DNA of 64,000 nucleotides, from assembly GCA_963662625.1 (NCBI GenBank), contig OY759726.1, positions 32,001-96,000 on the forward strand, read 5' to 3'. Below the pieces are notes generated by a model that saw nothing but the letters and a program-made list of their open reading frames with translations, was not told the DNA's origin and searched no databases. Below are positions 59,275-64,000 of this stretch, one piece after another (positions within the stretch are counted from its first letter, which is position 1; every line of letters begins with the position of its first letter). The stretch is from Nitrosopumilus sp. (GTDB taxonomy: Archaea > Thermoproteota > Nitrososphaeria > Nitrososphaerales > Nitrosopumilaceae). The position numbers were made by a program, and so were the translations under genes.

Positions 59275-61776
59275 ATGGTCTTGTTGCGACCTGCCAGGAC
59301 AGCGGCCACGTGGGGGCTTCCGGCGGCGCTGGCGCTCCTGTGCGCCGCCGCGGCCTGCGGCCAGGCGCTAGCGGAGAAGGGCTCCTACGTCGACACGGTG
59401 AGGTTCGTCCAGTACCTGGACGAGAACACGGCGCTGGAGGAGGTGAGGAACGGGAACCTGGACGTGTACTACTCCAGGATCCCAGCGGACAGGCTCGAGG
59501 GCGCCCATGCCAGGGAGGGGCTGCGGGTGTACGACTCCACCGGCGGGTCCTACAGCATACTGGCCAACCCGGCCGAGTCGGACAGGTTCAACCCGTTCTC
59601 CATAAGGGATGTCAGGTTCGCGCTCAACTACCTGGTGGACAGGAAGCTCATCGTCAACGAGCTCATGGGGGGCCTCGGCTCGCCCTCCGTCTCGTACTAC
59701 GGCCGGCACGACCCGGGGTACCTCACGGTGATCGGGCAGCTGGAGTCCTACGACTTCAGGTACAACCCGAGGCTGGCCGGGGAGATGATCTCGGGGGCGC
59801 TGCTGGGGGCCGGCGCCGAGAGGTCCGACGGCCGCTGGATCCACGGCGGCGAGCCGGTCGGGATCACGATCTTCATCAGGAGCGACGACCCGGTGAGGAA
59901 GTCGATAGGGGAGATCCTGGCATCGGAGCTGGAGGGGATGGGGTTTGCGGTCAGCAAGGACTTTGGCGACCTGAACAAGGCGTTCGTCGTGGTGTACGGC
60001 TCGGATCCGGCCGAGCTGAGGTGGAACCTGTACACCGAGGGCTGGGGGAGGTCGGCGTTCGTGAGGTACGACTCGGCCGGGCTGGGGCAGATGTACGCGC
60101 CCTGGTTCTCCAACATGCCGGGGTTCAACGACCCGGGCTACTGGAACTACGAGAACGGCGGGCTGGACGAGGTCACCCAGCGGATATACACGGGGGACTT
60201 TGAGACCGAGGAGCAGAGGGCCGGGCTGGTCCGGGAGGCCGTCACCATGGGGATCGACGAGTCCGTGCGGATCTTCCTGGCAAGCAACGTGGACCGGTAC
60301 GTCACCAACGACGGGGTGTCGGGGGTCGTGAACGACTTCGGGGCGGGCGTCCCCAGCAGGTTCACCCCGATCAACGCCAGGACCGGCGGCGGCGAGCTGG
60401 TGGTGGGGGTCAAGCAGATCTACCAGGGCGCGTGGAACCCAGTGATGGGCCTGAGCGACAGCTACAGCACGCGCATCTGGGGCATCGTCGCCGACCCGGC
60501 CTCGTTCAAGCACCCGTTCACCGGGGAGGCGCTCCCGGTGCGCGCCTCGTGGGACGTCGAGACGGCGGGCCCGCGCGGCGGGGTGGAGGTGCCCGCCGGC
60601 GCGGTGATGTGGGACGTGGGGTCGCAGGCGTGGGAGGCGGTGCCCGCGGGCACGGAGGCCACCAGCAGGGTCACGTTCGACCTGGCGTTTGGCAACTGGC
60701 ACCACGGGCGGCCCATGGACATGCTGGACGTCCTCCACTCGCTGTACTTCGCGGTGGAGTGGGGGACGCGGGACGGCCCGGACGACAGGACGTTCGACTC
60801 CGAGTTCACGCCGAGGGCGGCGCAGGTCACCGACACGCTGGTCGGCGTCAGGCAGGTGGACGCCGACACGATAGAGGCGTACGTGGACTATTGGCACTTT
60901 GACGAGGGCGAGATAGCCGAGTGGGCGTCCCTCTGGAGCGTCGTCCCGTGGGAGATCTCGGCCGCCATGGAGCAGGCGGTGGTGGACGGGAAGGCGTCGT
61001 TTTCCAGGTCGGGCGCCACCGCCAAGAACGTGAGCTGGCTCTCCCTGCTGGTGCCAAACGACGCGCAGGTGCTGCGCGGCTACCTGGAGGGGTTCAGGGC
61101 CGAGGGGCGCGTCCCGGCCCCCGCCGGCGGCGCGGCGGGCCCGGGCTACGCCGAGGACAGGTACGACGCTGCCATAGGGTGGATAGAGGACAACGGCCAC
61201 GCCGTGATCAGCAACGGCCCGTTCTACGTGGACTCGTACTCGCCCGAGTCCAGGACCATAACCGTGCGCGCCTTTGACGACGGCACGTACCCGTTCGCCG
61301 CCGGCCGCTGGTCGGAGTTCGAGGACGCCAGGTACCCGTCCATAGCGGGGGTCGACGTCCCCGGCACCGTGCAGCGGGGCGGCGACCTGGCGATCACGGT
61401 CGCGTCGGAGAACGCCGACTCCGTCATGTACTTCCTGGCCGGCGGCGACGGCCGCATCGTGGCGTCAGGCGAGGTCGGGGCCGGCGGCGGGGTCTCCGAG
61501 GTAACCATCCCCGGCGCGGAGACGGGCCTGCTCGCCGAGGGCGGGGGCAGCGTCAGGGTGTTCGCGGTGTCCGCGGACGTGCTGAGGCCCGACGCCCACT
61601 CCGCGGGGTTCCTGGTCGTGGACGGGCCCGGCGGGCTCCCCGCCGTGCGGGGCGGCGGCGCCGTCGAGGGGGACGGGCAGGGGTGGTGGGCCTGGGTCGC
61701 GGTCCCGGCCGCCGCTGCCGCCGCGCTGGCCGCGGCGGCGAGGCTCGTCACGCGAGGCCGTACTCCCCCAGGATAG
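59275..61776 (+). CDS. Family 5 (peptide/nickel) ABC transporter substrate-binding protein with C-terminal anchor
   Basis: Signal peptide, 'NPFSIRDVRFALNYLVDR', 'SNGPFY', C-terminal hydrophobic helix. Confidence 0.88.
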   Translation: MVLLRPARTAATWGLPAALALLCAAAACGQALAEKGSYVDTVRFVQYLDENTALEEVRNGNLDVYYSRIPADRLEGAHAREGLRVYDSTGGSYSILANPAESDRFNPFSIRDVRFALNYLVDRKLIVNELMGGLGSPSVSYYGRHDPGYLTVIGQLESYDFRYNPRLAGEMISGALLGAGAERSDGRWIHGGEPVGITIFIRSDDPVRKSIGEILASELEGMGFAVSKDFGDLNKAFVVVYGSDPAELRWNLYTEGWGRSAFVRYDSAGLGQMYAPWFSNMPGFNDPGYWNYENGGLDEVTQRIYTGDFETEEQRAGLVREAVTMGIDESVRIFLASNVDRYVTNDGVSGVVNDFGAGVPSRFTPINARTGGGELVVGVKQIYQGAWNPVMGLSDSYSTRIWGIVADPASFKHPFTGEALPVRASWDVETAGPRGGVEVPAGAVMWDVGSQAWEAVPAGTEATSRVTFDLAFGNWHHGRPMDMLDVLHSLYFAVEWGTRDGPDDRTFDSEFTPRAAQVTDTLVGVRQVDADTIEAYVDYWHFDEGEIAEWASLWSVVPWEISAAMEQAVVDGKASFSRSGATAKNVSWLSLLVPNDAQVLRGYLEGFRAEGRVPAPAGGAAGPGYAEDRYDAAIGWIEDNGHAVISNGPFYVDSYSPESRTITVRAFDDGTYPFAAGRWSEFEDARYPSIAGVDVPGTVQRGGDLAITVASENADSVMYFLAGGDGRIVASGEVGAGGGVSEVTIPGAETGLLAEGGGSVRVFAVSADVLRPDAHSAGFLVVDGPGGLPAVRGGGAVEGDGQGWWAWVAVPAAAAAALAAAARLVTRGRTPPG

Positions 61777-62239
61777 CTGGTATCTGATCCTTGGACTCCA
61801 GCCGCGAGTACTCGGCCAGCAGGTTGCGGTTCAGCTCGTAGAACGTGTGCCCCCACCTGAACGGGTCGAGCAGGGAGGACGCCTGCCGGTCCCGGCCCAG
61901 TATGAACAGGGACGCGGCCAGCGCCTCCACGGTGGTCAGCTTGCCAAGCTTCGAGTAGTTCACCGGGTTGCCCGCGAGCAGCGGCGGGAGCCTCCTCCTG
62001 GCGCCTCCCAGGCCCCTCGGGAACGCCCGGGCGGCGAGCCTCCAGGAGCAGTCTATGCCCACGACGGCGCCGGCCGCCGGCGCGTCGGCCGGCAGCAGCA
62101 CCTCTTCCGCGAACGGGTCCAGCACGACGCTCCTTCCCCCCACGCGCCGGACGCTCCTGGCCAGCCCCAGCCTCACCATCCTGGCGGCGGTGCACTTTTT
62201 CGGGTCGTCCTGGTAGAGCATCAGCACCCGCAGCCTCAT
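61748..62239 (-). CDS. tsr3: 16S rRNA aminocarboxypropyltransferase Tsr3
   Basis: 'DDPKKCTA', 'DCSW', 'LPPLLAGNPVNY..L..LTTVEALAA', 'FRWGHTFYELN'. Confidence 0.93.
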   Translation of the reverse strand: MRLRVLMLYQDDPKKCTAARMVRLGLARSVRRVGGRSVVLDPFAEEVLLPADAPAAGAVVGIDCSWRLAARAFPRGLGGARRRLPPLLAGNPVNYSKLGKLTTVEALAASLFILGRDRQASSLLDPFRWGHTFYELNRNLLAEYSRLESKDQIPAILGEYGLA

Positions 62240-62383
62240 GAAGTGGGTCGCGGGGGCGGCATTTTTGAATCATGCTGTACGCCTGGCGCGTTCCGTGGTG
62301 ATCCCGACTGGGAACCTCCCACAAAGCAGCCTGCAACGCCAGGCCGAAAGATCCGGATCGTGGCACGCGTGGGATGGCGCGCG

Positions 62384-62492
62384 TGGGGCACCGCCATTCC
62401 AACCCGGGGGAATTCCCAGTGTACTGCTCCACGTGCATGAGTTACGCGCTCTTCGATGGGGCACCGCCATTCCAACCCGGGGGAATTCCCAG
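62384..62492. repeat. Two exact 36-bp direct repeats separated by a 37-bp unique spacer
   Basis: TGGGGCACCGCCATTCCAACCCGGGGGAATTCCCAG at 62384-62419 and 62457-62492. Confidence 0.9.
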
Positions 62493-62685
62493 GGCGGGGC
62501 ACTGCAGGGGGCTGCTGGCCGGGGCATCCGCGCCGGCGTCCGAGGGGACGTTCGGGTGCACGCCGCGCCCGCGCGGGCGGGGGAGCGCGGCGCGGGAGGC
62601 AAGGCCCGTGCCGGGATCCCCCGCCGGGCTTCTCCGGGGGCCGGCAACCGGTCTGTCTGCCTTCTCGCACGTTTGCTGGGGCCGC

Positions 62686-63999
62686 CTAGCCGGCCACCCT
62701 GTAGTTTATCTTGTAGTAGAACCTGGACACCTGGTCGCCCTTGAGCACCTCCACCTTCCAGTCCGCGTCGGGCAGGAACTCCGAGGGATCCGACGGCACG
62801 ATGGAGAACTTTTCCAGGCGGGCGTCGGGGCCGCTGTAGCGCACGTCGAGGACGGCCCCGTCCACCCGCACCGTCTCGTAGACCGATCCCGGGCCGCGCG
62901 TGGGGCCAGTGACCAGGCACCCCGGGTACGGCCCCACCACGCACTTGCCGGATCCCGAGAAGACCGCCAGGTTCACCGCCGCCAGGTCCGACCTGGACGG
63001 GGTGGCCAGGGAGCCCGACAGGACGCGCGGGTTCATGGTCCCGTCGTCCCCGGACTGCTTGGCTGCAGTGCGGATGGCGATCTCGGAGTCCGGGATGCGG
63101 TTGACCTTCTCGATCACCTTCGACGGCGGCCCCGGCGCGTCGGCCGGCCGCGCCGGGACCACCTCGAACGTGGCCGACTCCGAGCCGAACGGCGCGTCCG
63201 CGGTGACCTCGTAGGTGCCCTCCGCCGACGGCGAGCCGCCAAGCGTGAACTCGTAGGTGAACGAGCCCGAGGGGCCCGGGACGACTGAGGCGGCCGGCAC
63301 GGCGGGTATCCCGCAGAACGAGGGGCCGCAGGCCAGCATGGTCCCGGACTTTTGGATCACGCTGACGCCGAACCGCTCGACGTACGTCGTCTTGCTGGGC
63401 TTGCCAGTCACCGTCACGGTGTCCCCCGGCCCGTAGGACTCCCGGTCAAGCGACATCACGAGGGACAGCCCGGGCCCCAGCGCGAGCTCGTTTGCCACGC
63501 CGAACGAGGACTCGGCCCGGAGGCCCGAGTAGGAGGCCCTTACCTTGTACTGGCCCTCCCCGAAGACGGTGGCGGGCAGCTCGAAGAGGCTCGAGAACCC
63601 GCCCCCCTGGTCAGGGTACACGGATGCCGCGTAGATCTCCGCGAATGGGGCCGCGCCCGACAGGACCGAGATCCTCACGCGCTCGGGGACCACTAGGCCC
63701 TCGGCCCCCTGGGGCCTCGCGATGACTGACCCCTCCACCTTGAGCTTCTCGCCGGCCTGGTACACCGGCTTTGACGGCCCCACCGTCAGGTGCTTCGTGG
63801 GCAGGCTGTCCCCGGCAGGGTCGGCGGACACCTTGAACAGGATGATCTTGCTGAGCCCCCCGCCCGACACGCTGATCTTGTAGACCCCGAGGTTGGAGCT
63901 CAGGACTGACCTGTCGTCGGCTGACTTTACTGGCGCGGGGCTTTCGGACGACGGGGTCTGCCACTGCCAGGAGAACCTCTGGTCGTCGGCCCTCGTGCC
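62686..63999 (-). CDS. Large surface/Ig-like domain protein, C-terminal part (5' end beyond the window)
   Basis: Frame is open to the window edge; Ig-like motifs 'KPVYQAGEKL.VEG' and 'DRESYGPGDTVTVTG'. Confidence 0.8.
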   Translation of the reverse strand, partial: GTRADDQRFSWQWQTPSSESPAPVKSADDRSVLSSNLGVYKISVSGGGLSKIILFKVSADPAGDSLPTKHLTVGPSKPVYQAGEKLKVEGSVIARPQGAEGLVVPERVRISVLSGAAPFAEIYAASVYPDQGGGFSSLFELPATVFGEGQYKVRASYSGLRAESSFGVANELALGPGLSLVMSLDRESYGPGDTVTVTGKPSKTTYVERFGVSVIQKSGTMLACGPSFCGIPAVPAASVVPGPSGSFTYEFTLGGSPSAEGTYEVTADAPFGSESATFEVVPARPADAPGPPSKVIEKVNRIPDSEIAIRTAAKQSGDDGTMNPRVLSGSLATPSRSDLAAVNLAVFSGSGKCVVGPYPGCLVTGPTRGPGSVYETVRVDGAVLDVRYSGPDARLEKFSIVPSDPSEFLPDADWKVEVLKGDQVSRFYYKINYRVAG

Positions 64000-64000
64000 G

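Overview
High-GC archaeal chromosome segment. Gene content and order point to an ammonia-oxidising thaumarchaeon (Nitrosopumilaceae): Hef-like helicase/dCMP deaminase/polB, tpiA-ppdK, split methylmalonyl-CoA mutase with mce and meaB, phaEC, tfb, and 'IPEWVK..AGWW' surface repeats. It may be a Cenarchaeum-like symbiont, given the IS elements, gene ruins and large adhesin-like proteins (inference). Bases ~460-11220 form a lower-GC defence-type island bordered by an IS481-like end. The island carries a complete DNA phosphorothioation operon (dndB-C-D-E-A, minus strand) with no recognisable DndFGH or PbeABCD restriction partner in the window. Facing it is a tightly coupled four-gene operon: ParB, a ParB paralogue lacking the nucleotide-binding domain, a beta-CASP metallo-beta-lactamase nuclease and an ApeA-like HEPN RNase. 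This operon is the best candidate for an undescribed system. The rest is mostly core genome. It is punctuated by an intact IS5-family element with TIRs and an 8-bp TSD, a decayed copy of part of polB, a frameshifted giant subtilase, two CRISPR-sized repeat-spacer-repeat units without cas genes, and a G-rich VNTR upstream of tfb. It also holds a sensor/regulator/surface-protein module whose CHRD domain appears circularly permuted. Protein family calls come from motif recognition by eye; no database searches were run.
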